A DNA stretch of 32,000 nucleotides from Sulfolobus acidocaldarius DSM 639. GTDB taxonomy: Archaea > Thermoproteota > Thermoprotei_A > Sulfolobales > Sulfolobaceae. This document shows positions 10,761-19,288 of the stretch, piece after piece. Each line of letters opens with the position of its first letter. The stretch's first letter is position 1. A program made the position numbers and the translations under genes. The notes under the pieces are model-generated. The model saw only the letters and a list, made by a program, of their open reading frames with translations, made no database searches and was not told where the DNA came from. The stretch is from the NCBI RefSeq assembly GCF_000012285.1, contig NC_007181.1:1290001-1322000 (forward strand), read 5' to 3'.

Positions 10761-12815
10761 TCACTCCGCGATACAGATGTCCTCTTCTTCGCTAATAAAG
10801 TCATTAAAGTCACGCCTAACTAAGTAAAACGACTCTAAACGCTCTAACGAATCTTCACCAAAACGCGATACAAACTCGCTCTTCCTCAAACACTTTACCC
10901 TATCTAACTCTTTAATCGTTTGAATATCTTTACGCGTCAGTACGTAACTACTCAAACCCGCAAAGCGGTCAAGTTTCTCGCCTCTAAACCTCAGTCGTCT
11001 TATTGGTATCCCTAAGAACTCGCGTCTGAGTATAGCCTTAATGCGTCTATCAATATACGATTCACCCTCTCGCACTCCTTCTCTTCCGCCTGACACGGCA
11101 TTTTTGGTATCGTCTCTGGAGTCAGGCTCTCGAAAAAACTCCTTATCCGCGATAACTTCGCCATCAGGCGTCTTAACTTCTACTACGTCACCCACTATCT
11201 TGACCTCAGTTTTGAGCCTCTCTAACACGTCGCGCCCCTTATCAGTTATCCACCAATAGCGCTTCTTGCCGTCAAACTCTTTGCCAACTAACATGTTTTC
11301 GTTTAGCTTTTCTAGGATTGACGCGGTAGTGTTTTTGTCTAAATCTAGTTTTATAGCGATATCAAACGTCGTCATAGGTGACCCGGGCGCGGTACTAGTT
11401 AACACCTCTAACGCTTTGATTTCCCTCTCGCTAATACCATAAGTCGCTAGGATAATCTCTTTGCTGAAGTACTTGAACGTGATATTTACGTCTTCCTCAG
11501 TCACGACATCTCTACCGTGAATTATAGCTAACGACTTCAATAGCGCTAATACTAGGTCAGATGTCCTCAATACGTTGTTACCGCCTATTCTCTCTAACGT
11601 ATCAACTACGCGTTTCCACAAATCTTTAGGTACCCTAGCGTCAGCCGGCAACTCACTATACCATAACCAAGTTGCAACTCTAATAGCGAATAGCTCTTCA
11701 TCTGACGCTTTATTTTCATCAGCCTTCGACTCCATTATTTCCTTTCTGTCCACTGACGGCTCTAAGTAAAGCTGAAACATCCTACTCGCTAACTGTGACG
11801 ATATCGATTCGTCTACATTTGTCGAGATAAAGGCGGGCTGACCCTTAATCGATACGATATCAGCTCTAAGCTCACCCGTATTTTCATCTCGCGTAGTGAC
11901 GAGTGTAGATAGAAACGCCTCAGATAGCGCCTCTCTCAAGTAAGATATCTCACTGATGTTGTCTATCTGTTCTACATATATCAGTGCGCCGTCATAGTCA
12001 TTAATATCTTTAAAATAGCCTAACGCCTTCTCTGTAATTCTACCAAATAGTAAGAACTTAGATTTGTTATATTCTTTGTGGTCAAAGAATAATCCAAGTA
12101 CGCTTTTGACTGATGAAGATTTACCCGCGCCATATTTTCCTACTACGATAAAGTTAAAGCGATATATCATGTCTCTTACGCCCCTCTTTATACGTGTAGA
12201 TGCTATCGACAGAAGTGTCGCCAACTTTACTTTTTCGTTACCCTTTATCCCCTTAACTTCCTCAGTTAGCCTCAATATGGTTTGGATAGGGTCGCGCTTT
12301 AACACCTCATATATTCCTCTAGCCTTATCGTCGGTGTTGACGAACTCTTTAAGCGGTGTTACGCGTGTCAGAGACTTTGTCAACTCGTCCATGGCGTTTA
12401 TTATCTCGCTCTTTGAGGGGTGACGGTAAGTGAGTTTAGATATTTCGTCTAACGCGCCCTCACAGTCCTTTATGCACTCAAGCGTTTTGTCTTTATACTT
12501 TAATAGGTATTTTAGATTAGGATATTCTATTATACTATCGTTTTCTACGCGTTTTTCGTAGTTTATGACTTCAGCGCATACCTCTACTTGTCTACCATCC
12601 TTAGACGTGACTTTTTTGCAAAACTGTTGAGAATTTTTCAGTGACCGCTTTCCGGGGTATATGTTGGGTTGCGCGGTTTGCGCGGTTTTTTGCACTCCAG
12701 ATGAAATTATCCGCGCATTCCGCGCGGGGTTAGGAGTTTCACTCAAAGCGGTGTCTGAATTTTTCTCAGTATTCTTGATCAAAACCCACTTACCATTACG
12801 CTTAACGAGTTTCAC
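10761..12815 (-). CDS. Putative replication protein: P-loop NTPase/helicase-like with a C-terminal winged-helix region
   Basis: 684-aa ORF and the largest gene of the element. It has Walker A FIVVGKYGAGKSSS, a candidate Walker B ALIYVEQID, and a wHTH-like segment MTTFDIAIKLDLDKNTTASILEKLNENMLVGKEFDGKKRYWWITDKG. No prim-pol motifs were recognised. It is the last gene of a 3-gene overlapping minus-strand operon. Confidence 0.65.
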   Translation of the reverse strand: MKLVKRNGKWVLIKNTEKNSDTALSETPNPARNARIISSGVQKTAQTAQPNIYPGKRSLKNSQQFCKKVTSKDGRQVEVCAEVINYEKRVENDSIIEYPNLKYLLKYKDKTLECIKDCEGALDEISKLTYRHPSKSEIINAMDELTKSLTRVTPLKEFVNTDDKARGIYEVLKRDPIQTILRLTEEVKGIKGNEKVKLATLLSIASTRIKRGVRDMIYRFNFIVVGKYGAGKSSSVKSVLGLFFDHKEYNKSKFLLFGRITEKALGYFKDINDYDGALIYVEQIDNISEISYLREALSEAFLSTLVTTRDENTGELRADIVSIKGQPAFISTNVDESISSQLASRMFQLYLEPSVDRKEIMESKADENKASDEELFAIRVATWLWYSELPADARVPKDLWKRVVDTLERIGGNNVLRTSDLVLALLKSLAIIHGRDVVTEEDVNITFKYFSKEIILATYGISEREIKALEVLTSTAPGSPMTTFDIAIKLDLDKNTTASILEKLNENMLVGKEFDGKKRYWWITDKGRDVLERLKTEVKIVGDVVEVKTPDGEVIADKEFFREPDSRDDTKNAVSGGREGVREGESYIDRRIKAILRREFLGIPIRRLRFRGEKLDRFAGLSSYVLTRKDIQTIKELDRVKCLRKSEFVSRFGEDSLERLESFYLVRRDFNDFISEEEDICIAE

Positions 12816-13165
12816 TCCTTTTCGCCCCCTAACACGTCTTTAGGGATCTGAATGAACTCGTCGTCATCATAGCCCCACAAAACGGGTTTGCCTCTCTTTA
12901 ACGCGTCTACAAGTTCTTCCATCTCTTTCCTTACGTTTAAGTATACCTTATACTCGCGTAGTTCTTCAGCGTTATACGTCTTCTTCTCTTTCGCGTCATA
13001 GAATTTGCCGTAAAGCGGTCTGATCTCTACCGCGTACGAGTACTTACTTTCCTTTAACTCGCCCGTTACGATAAATATCGCACCTTTAGTCGCGTAAACG
13101 TACTTTACTCGCTTTTTCTCTGAGTTACCTTTTTTATCCCGTTTAGATAGACCTATCTTGACCAC
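12812..13165 (-). CDS. Hypothetical protein of the integrated element
   Basis: 117-aa ORF. It has a 4-nt overlap with the rep start and a 23-nt overlap with the upstream ORF. No recognisable motifs. Confidence 0.55.
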   Translation of the reverse strand: MVKIGLSKRDKKGNSEKKRVKYVYATKGAIFIVTGELKESKYSYAVEIRPLYGKFYDAKEKKTYNAEELREYKVYLNVRKEMEELVDALKRGKPVLWGYDDDEFIQIPKDVLGGEKE

Positions 13166-13466
13166 TTAGGTCACCTCTCGCGTAACCGAGTTTCCCTAGT
13201 TCTTGGTCTATTTCCTTCAAGATGTCCTCATACATTCGCCTCACGTTTAACAACAACTCTACCTTCTTCTTGTCGTCTAGTATGCTATACATGCGCTTTA
13301 GAGTCTCGTCTGAAGGTCTGATCTGATGACGTCTAAGTTTGCTCACCGCCATCGCGGTCACCCCTAAAGCCTGAGCCATCTCTTTCATGGACAGTTTCAC
13401 GTTCGAAAAGACAAAATCCGTGACTACTTCCCTCTCTTTAGGCGTTAAATGTTCTATCCATTCCAC
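13143..13466 (-). CDS. Putative helix-turn-helix DNA-binding protein of the integrated element
   Basis: 107-aa ORF with the HTH-like segment SMKEMAQALGVTAMAVSKLRRHQ. It is the first gene of the ORF107-ORF117-rep operon. Confidence 0.55.
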   Translation of the reverse strand: MEWIEHLTPKEREVVTDFVFSNVKLSMKEMAQALGVTAMAVSKLRRHQIRPSDETLKRMYSILDDKKKVELLLNVRRMYEDILKEIDQELGKLGYARGDLSGQDRSI

Positions 13467-13529
13467 ATTAAACCTTCCTATTTAATTATTTTAAACCTTT
13501 TCGTTTAATAATTAGTATTACTTGAGTAC

Positions 13530-13543
13530 ACTCCCCAGTTAAC
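13530..13543. repeat. Element motif copy 2: ACTCCCCAGTTAAC
   Basis: Intergenic. It lies 36 nt 3' of the ORF104 stop and ~64 nt upstream of the ORF107 start. It is flanked by the 12-bp direct repeat TCGTTTAATAAT at 13501-13512 and 13561-13572. Confidence 0.85.
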
Positions 13544-13578
13544 AAATCGTGATTATCACGTCGTTTAATAATACGGTA

Positions 13579-13893
13579 TTACACAGTAATACCGATAACA
13601 CGGCTTAACACGGCTTTTATCTTACCATCAGTAGAGTCGTAAGCCCTTTCCAAGACACTGAAGAGATCTTCAGCCTCTTCTAAGCTCTTAGGGGCTAACA
13701 GTCTGAAAGCCTCAGCAAAGTACTCCACGTGTTCCTCTATGTCTTTCTTACAGTACTCCGTAACGTCATAATCATCACACCACTTTAGGAACTCGTCATA
13801 CCACTTCTTTATTGCTTCAAAAGAGTAGGGGTTTAGAGAAAAAACACGGTCTTTAACTTTGATTTGGTTTAGAGTTAGGTTAAACTCTACCAT
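13579..13893 (-). CDS. Hypothetical protein of the integrated element
   Basis: 104-aa ORF with no recognisable motif. Its stop codon sits inside a perfect 9-bp hairpin, CGGTATTAC-ACA-GTAATACCG (13574-13594). Confidence 0.5.
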   Translation of the reverse strand: MVEFNLTLNQIKVKDRVFSLNPYSFEAIKKWYDEFLKWCDDYDVTEYCKKDIEEHVEYFAEAFRLLAPKSLEEAEDLFSVLERAYDSTDGKIKAVLSRVIGITV

Positions 13894-13896
13894 TTA

Positions 13897-13925
13897 TGTA
13901 CACCTAATTGTACATCATATGTACA
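13897..13925. promoter_or_regulatory. Three phased TGTACA palindromes in the divergent ORF104/ORF60 promoter region (candidate operator)
   Basis: TGTACA occurs at 13897-13902, 13909-13914 and 13920-13925 (spacing 12 and 11 bp). TATA-like TTAAATA follows at 13943-13949, ~27 bp upstream of the ATG at 13973. Confidence 0.45.
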
Positions 13926-13972
13926 AGTATTTAAACTTAAGCTTAAATAACTAATAGTACGTAAACTTGTAT

Positions 13973-14149
13973 ATGAAACCGTTAATCCATAAAGGTTCCA
14001 AACCTGGACAAGAATCTTATTATCTCAACATCCCACGTGAGATAGTTAGGGCTTTAGGAATAACGTCAGAAGACGAGTTTGTACTGAGCGTAGAGAATCG
14101 TGACGGGGATATTGTACTCTGTTATAGGCGCGTGAAAAAGAGTCAATAA
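13973..14149 (+). CDS. AbrB/SpoVT-like (swapped-hairpin) small DNA-binding protein
   Basis: 58 aa from the ATG at 13973 (the track uses TTG at 13967). YYLNIPREIVRALGITSEDEFVL resembles the AbrB/MazE-type 'xVxIPKEIRxxLGIxxGDxV' signature. Confidence 0.55.
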   Translation: MKPLIHKGSKPGQESYYLNIPREIVRALGITSEDEFVLSVENRDGDIVLCYRRVKKSQ

Positions 14150-14368
14150 ATCGAAAAGCTGCAGCTATGTTTTTCTTTTCACCGGCGCCTGAGGGGTCAG
14201 TTGGCGAAAAAGAGTGCGTATGTTGTGTGTTGGCGAGTAGGCGGTCAGGCTAGTGAGAGTTTGAGAGAAAAGCGTAGTAGGGCGTTATGGCGTTAATATG
14301 GGGGTCTGGCAAACTAGTGTGGAAAAGGTTACTGAAGAGTTATAAGTGGCGAAAGAGAGAACAGGATT

Positions 14369-14752
14369 ATGGAAAGGGAGTTTGAAGTATATCTAAATAA
14401 TTATGATATAGTGAAAAAGTTATGTTGGAAAGTGATTAGGGAAAGTGAGAAGGGATATTTGACATATAACGAATTATTAAGAAGAGTAGTAGAACTAGAT
14501 GACACGGGTTTGGTGAGAGCGAAAAGCTTAGCGTGGCTGAAGAAGAAAGTGGGGCAGTTACTAAGAGATGGGCATTTGGTGAGGTTTATGGTTAGAGGTA
14601 ATTGGAAGTACGTATATTATACCACGCCTAAGAGATGGCGAGAGGGGATAAGCAGTATAGAGGGCGTAATAAGAGTGGACTATGGCGAAAATAAGAGAGG
14701 GAAGATGAAGTGGGCAATTAAGGAAAGCCTGAAGGTTCAGGCTAAGAAGTAG
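14369..14752 (+). CDS. Hypothetical basic protein of the integrated element (possible winged helix)
   Basis: 127-aa ORF, Lys/Arg-rich, on a purine-rich coding strand. No firm motif. Confidence 0.5.
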   Translation: MEREFEVYLNNYDIVKKLCWKVIRESEKGYLTYNELLRRVVELDDTGLVRAKSLAWLKKKVGQLLRDGHLVRFMVRGNWKYVYYTTPKRWREGISSIEGVIRVDYGENKRGKMKWAIKESLKVQAKK

Positions 14753-14996
14753 AGTTTTTTGCGAATTGAGGCAAAAAATTGAGTAGGGGGCGGGGGGCTT
14801 TGTTATATATATTGATGCGAAAAAGTAACCTTCAAGTGACCGAATGTATCTGATCAGTAACTAACACGTGACTCATTTACGATATCTTTCTCTCTTTTTT
14901 GCTGAAATAAAGTTAAATATCCCCCTAGTTACGTTTGTAAATTTTCGTTAAGGTTTATTAGAACTGATTAACGTATGTTAAAATAGTGAAGGTATT

Positions 14997-15188
14997 ATGA
15001 AGAGGTTCTTAAATAAGACTGTCGCCACACGTGTGACGGAAGAGGAGTACAATAAGCTCTTAGAGATTGTTAAGGCTAAAGGATCACAGTATCAGCTATC
15101 AGATGTTGTTAGAGAGGCGATACAGTTCTATCTAGAGAACTATAACAAGAAAGGAGTGTTAGATAAGATCCCATTCCTAAAGAAATAG
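14997..15188 (+). CDS. Ribbon-helix-helix (CopG-like) transcriptional regulator
   Basis: 63-aa ORF. KTVATRVTEEEYNKLLEIVKAKG...LSDVVREAIQFYLEN fits the beta-strand/helix/helix RHH pattern. Confidence 0.65.
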   Translation: MKRFLNKTVATRVTEEEYNKLLEIVKAKGSQYQLSDVVREAIQFYLENYNKKGVLDKIPFLKK

Positions 15189-15202
15189 CCTAAATTTTCT
15201 AA

Positions 15203-16072
<870 letters not shown>

Positions 16073-16182
16073 ATAATCTTTATCAAATTAAAAGTATCTC
16101 TTGATCTATAGACTTTGATGTGAGTAACGGTCGAGGAAAAAAGTTGGTAACGGATATATACCACGGATTGGTATCTAATAGT

Positions 16183-17300
16183 ATGGAACTCGCAAAAGAA
16201 CAGAAGAGAGCTACTTAAAACTGCTGTAGAGCTACTCGGCTACCCAAAGCTGACGCAAATAACGGGGCGAAGCAAGAAACGGATGTATCTGTACGTCAGG
16301 GGCTACGACGAGGGGGAAAAGAGATAGAGCTACCGGACGAGGTCGTAGACGAGGTCATGAAGACACTTCCTGTAGACGAGGTCGTCAAAATAGCCCACGG
16401 AATAGACTATTCAGATATCACTGCAGCGGACATACTGAGGGTATTGGTGAAGGCGTCGAAAGACCCGGGCTTCAGGAGCATATTCCTGTTCTTCCTCCAC
16501 AAGTACTTCGAGGAGTTCGTGAAGGAGACCGCGAGTAAGTGTGTCGTAACGCAGGAAGATCTATAGCTGTTCTAGAAGTTGCTCAAGGAGACGAGGACGA
16601 AAAAGACGTGGAGTGATTATATGAGACGCCTTAGGCATGCCCTAGCTGATCTTAATAAAACTCTCACGCCCAAGGGTCTCAAGGAGTACGTAATCGACCT
16701 CTCGGCGGAGAACCTCAGCCGGGCGAGGCGCACAGCTAAGGCGCTAAAGCTATTCATAAAGGAAGTAGTGAAGCTCAGGGACTCGAGCTTAGCTAGGGAG
16801 TTATACGACACGTTCAAGATACCGAAGCAGAAGCCTAAGTACAGACCGGTGAGCCTGACCTTCGACGTCCTTAAGAAGATATTCAGCGTCATAGAGGACC
16901 TTAGGGCGAAGGCGTTCTTCTTGTTGCTCGCAGAGACAGGTCTGAGGATGGGCGAGGCGCTCTCTCACGGTAGACCAAGTAGACCTCGAGCACCGCGTCA
17001 TTAAGCTCATGAGGGAGAGCAAGACCAAGAGGGCTTACATCACCTTCCTACATGAGCCCACTGCGAAGTAGCTCAAAGAGGTGTACTTACCGTAACGTCA
17101 GAACTTTGTGTCGAAGTACCTCGAGAGCATGAAGAAGCTCGCAGATGCTAACCCCGACTAAGGCATTGATGTCACAACTTAAATAACGAAGTTCTTCCCC
17201 TTCAGGGACAACTCGTTCAGGTTTGAGATAAGTGAAGCCATGAGGAAGGTGCTAGGCAAGGAGTTCCGCCTCTACGATCTACCCTGCATTCTCGCAGAAG
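16183..17300 (+). pseudogene. Tyrosine recombinase/integrase pseudogene (non-partitioning type): multiple frameshifts, at least 7 in-frame stops, 3'-truncated
   Basis: Pieces in three frames join into one recombinase-like protein. These are MELAKEQKRAT / LKTAVELLGYPKLTQITGRSKKRMYLYVRGYDEGEKR / IELPDEVVDEVMKTL...TQEDL*LF*KLLKETRTKKTWSDYMRRL...FFLLLAETGLRMGEAL (catalytic Arg box) / LTVDQVDLEHRVIKLMRESKTKRAYITFLHEPTAK*LKEVYLP*RQ...NPD*GIDVTT*ITKFFPF...EFRLYDL. The sequence ends before the His/Tyr box. Confidence 0.8.
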
Positions 17301-17365
17301 CGATAAGTTAGCATCCAGGGCTTTTCACGATAGGCTTAAATACCTACGTTACGTAAAATTTCTAT

Positions 17366-19288
17366 ATGTCAAGAATTCTAGTATTAGCTGTGGTGGCGTT
17401 AGCTTTGCTAAATCCACTCTTTTTGGTTGTCCACTCCCTACCAACCGGGGTCTCAGCTCACGACGGCCCTATCTACACTAACGCAGTGCTCGGATACGCA
17501 AACATAACAAGCCTCCAAGCGTACAACTCTAGTTTTAACGTACCATATGGGGCCTCCCTACAGCTCAACGTTGTACTAGAGGCAACGAGCACTAACGGAA
17601 ACACCTACTACTTCTGGCTCCAGAACGTGGCACAGTTCGTGACAAACGAGAGCCTAATGTGCTTTACTGACAACGTGTGGAACTATACTACCGCGACAGC
17701 GGAGATATCGAATGTCACGGGTAACGGTGGGATAGGCTTTACGTATAACATTCTCTTCGGTCATCCCACCTTTTATGGGTATTCTACTGAACCGATGCCG
17801 TACAGATTTCCTCTAGCCTTATACCTCCTAATCAATGAGAGCCTTAGCTCTAATGGCGTTATCGTCAACTTTATCTATGTTGTCCTGCAGAACGGTAGCC
17901 TAGTGCCTCCACACCCTGTCACTTATGACAGCGTCTTCATACCTGTCCCAGATCCGCAGTCTGCTTACATAATAGTCAACGACTCACTCACTCCGAGCGC
18001 TGTTGTTTTAAATTTCACTCTTTTCTATCAAGAGGCTCTAGGTAACTTAATGGACACAGAGCTAGTCTGGGGTGGTTACGAAAATGGTGAGTTCACCACT
18101 TTCACCCAGATGTCCTCTTACTTAGGCCTCTTCTACCTCTCCGGTAACAGCTTCGTTCCCTTCAGTACAGTTTACACTTACGGTAATGATACGGCGGAGT
18201 CTACCGGTGACCTTTACGTGTCTATTGCTAGCAACGGAGACGCCTACGTAACTGTGGGGACGCCGGACTACGGTCTACTGACCGATAGCTTCCACCCTTA
18301 CATCCCAGGCTTCACCTTTGTCAATGTCACAAGCAAAGTGCCTTTCTTAGTGAACGGTACCTACACTAATAGTTTTGTGGGTTATGTAGTCCACCCTGTC
18401 ACTATAACCTTCTACAGGAACTATACAGTTAACTCCTCTTCTTATGCCGTTCTGGACTATCCCAGCCAGAGTCTCACGATAACGCCCTCAAACACATTTA
18501 AGAACGTGATAATAACGCCACAGTATACCTACTACTACAAGGTAATCGTCAACTCGTCCAGACCTCTCCTTCTTAACATAAGTGGCAAAGAAACGTTGAC
18601 TAACGGGACGCTTTGGTTGCCACAGGGGACATCAGTGAGCTTAGTGAACAACACCTATTACGTGTCCAGTGGGGAGAGGTTTGTTGTGAACAACACTTAT
18701 CCTAACCTACCGCTAACGGTGGAGAACCCAACGACCATAACGGTCACCCTCGAGAAGCAGTTCAAGCTAACAATAAACTCACCCATACCTCTCTTATTGA
18801 GTATAAACGGAAAATCGAGGCTCTTTAACGGGACTACGTGGGTGTTGCAAGGCTCTGCTGTTGAGCTGGTGAACAACACCTATTACGTGTCCAGTGGGGA
18901 GAGGTATGTAGTCAGCTCTATTAGTCCCTCAACGCCCATTGAGGTCAGCGGGCCGATGAATATCAGCGTAGAACTAGTAAAGGAGTATAAGGTGGAGATC
19001 GTATCGTCACAGCCTGTAATGGCTACTATTAAAGGGGAAACAGAGCCCGTAAACGGCACTGCTTGGTTGCCACAAGGCTCAGTAATCCACCTAACCGCTA
19101 ATTTGCCTGTCTACCTTAAGGGGTATTTCGTGGGAACCTATAACGCCTCTCCTGGAGAGCAGGTAACAATTAACGGCCCGATATACGAGAAACTCGTAGT
19201 CCAGCTCAACTACACGTTCCTTGAGGAGTTGGTTATACCCATTGTAACGGCTGTCGTGATTGTTGTAGCGATAACGAGGAGGAGATAG
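17366..19288 (+). CDS. Thermopsin-family (peptidase A5) protease homologue with signal peptide, three C-terminal 75-aa repeats and a C-terminal TM anchor
   Basis: It begins with the signal peptide [37 protein letters not shown]...[43 protein letters not shown] and [11 protein letters not shown]...[11 protein letters not shown] parallel the remembered S. acidocaldarius thermopsin (LGYVNITSLLAYN...LQFNIVLSVNTSNGVYAYWLQDVGQF...FIDNVWN; AELVWGGGGNG...YTFGADTAEA). About 25 N-x-S/T sequons were counted by eye. The C-terminus is [23 protein letters not shown]-like TTAAATA at 17336-17342 lies 27 bp upstream of the ATG. Confidence 0.8.
   Translation: MSRILVLAVVALALLNPLFLVVHSLPTGVSAHDGPIYTNAVLGYANITSLQAYNSSFNVPYGASLQLNVVLEATSTNGNTYYFWLQNVAQFVTNESLMCFTDNVWNYTTATAEISNVTGNGGIGFTYNILFGHPTFYGYSTEPMPYRFPLALYLLINESLSSNGVIVNFIYVVLQNGSLVPPHPVTYDSVFIPVPDPQSAYIIVNDSLTPSAVVLNFTLFYQEALGNLMDTELVWGGYENGEFTTFTQMSSYLGLFYLSGNSFVPFSTVYTYGNDTAESTGDLYVSIASNGDAYVTVGTPDYGLLTDSFHPYIPGFTFVNVTSKVPFLVNGTYTNSFVGYVVHPVTITFYRNYTVNSSSYAVLDYPSQSLTITPSNTFKNVIITPQYTYYYKVIVNSSRPLLLNISGKETLTNGTLWLPQGTSVSLVNNTYYVSSGERFVVNNTYPNLPLTVENPTTITVTLEKQFKLTINSPIPLLLSINGKSRLFNGTTWVLQGSAVELVNNTYYVSSGERYVVSSISPSTPIEVSGPMNISVELVKEYKVEIVSSQPVMATIKGETEPVNGTAWLPQGSVIHLTANLPVYLKGYFVGTYNASPGEQVTINGPIYEKLVVQLNYTFLEELVIPIVTAVVIVVAITRRR
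18536..19210 (+). repeat. Three in-frame tandem repeats of 225 bp (75 aa) inside the thermopsin-like gene
   Basis: Units start at 18536 (YKVIVNSS...), 18761 (FKLTINSP...) and 18986 (YKVEIVSS...). Units 1 and 2 share a perfect 37-bp block, GTGAACAACACCTATTACGTGTCCAGTGGGGAGAGGT, at 18644-18680 and 18869-18905. Unit 3 is more diverged. Confidence 0.9.

Noticed and set aside
11041-12843. Plus-strand ORFs 11041-11259, 11575-11769, 12064-12423 and 12661-12843 inside rep, and 15323-15625 inside Int(C)
   Set aside because: They are antisense shadows of the long minus-strand genes, Ser/Thr/Leu/Pro-rich, with no supporting signals.
15026-15035. 10-bp palindrome CACACGTGTG (with another CACGTG at about 14866) as a regulatory site
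   Set aside because: It lies inside the RHH coding sequence (VATRVTEE). Only a short hexamer is shared with the upstream copy, which is compatible with chance.
16357-17028. ORFs 16357-16566 and 16579-17004 as separate functional genes, and antisense ORFs 16617-16892 and 16801-17028
   Set aside because: The two plus-strand ORFs are consecutive fragments of one recombinase reading frame, separated by two TAG stops. They continue in another frame after about 16965 and are best explained as a pseudogene. The antisense ORFs are by-products of the high local G+C.
16564-17310. Possibility that the TAG/TAA stops in the integrase reflect stop-codon recoding or programmed read-through
   Set aside because: The same gene also has several frameshifts and lacks its catalytic C-terminus. 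The neighbouring genes use TAA/TAG/TGA as normal stops. Decay is the parsimonious explanation.
18536-19210. Regularly spaced 225-bp repeats considered as a CRISPR-like or satellite array
   Set aside because: The repeats are in frame within a long ORF, and the unit length is a multiple of three encoding a 75-aa domain. There is no short-repeat/unique-spacer organisation. No CRISPR array is present anywhere in the window.
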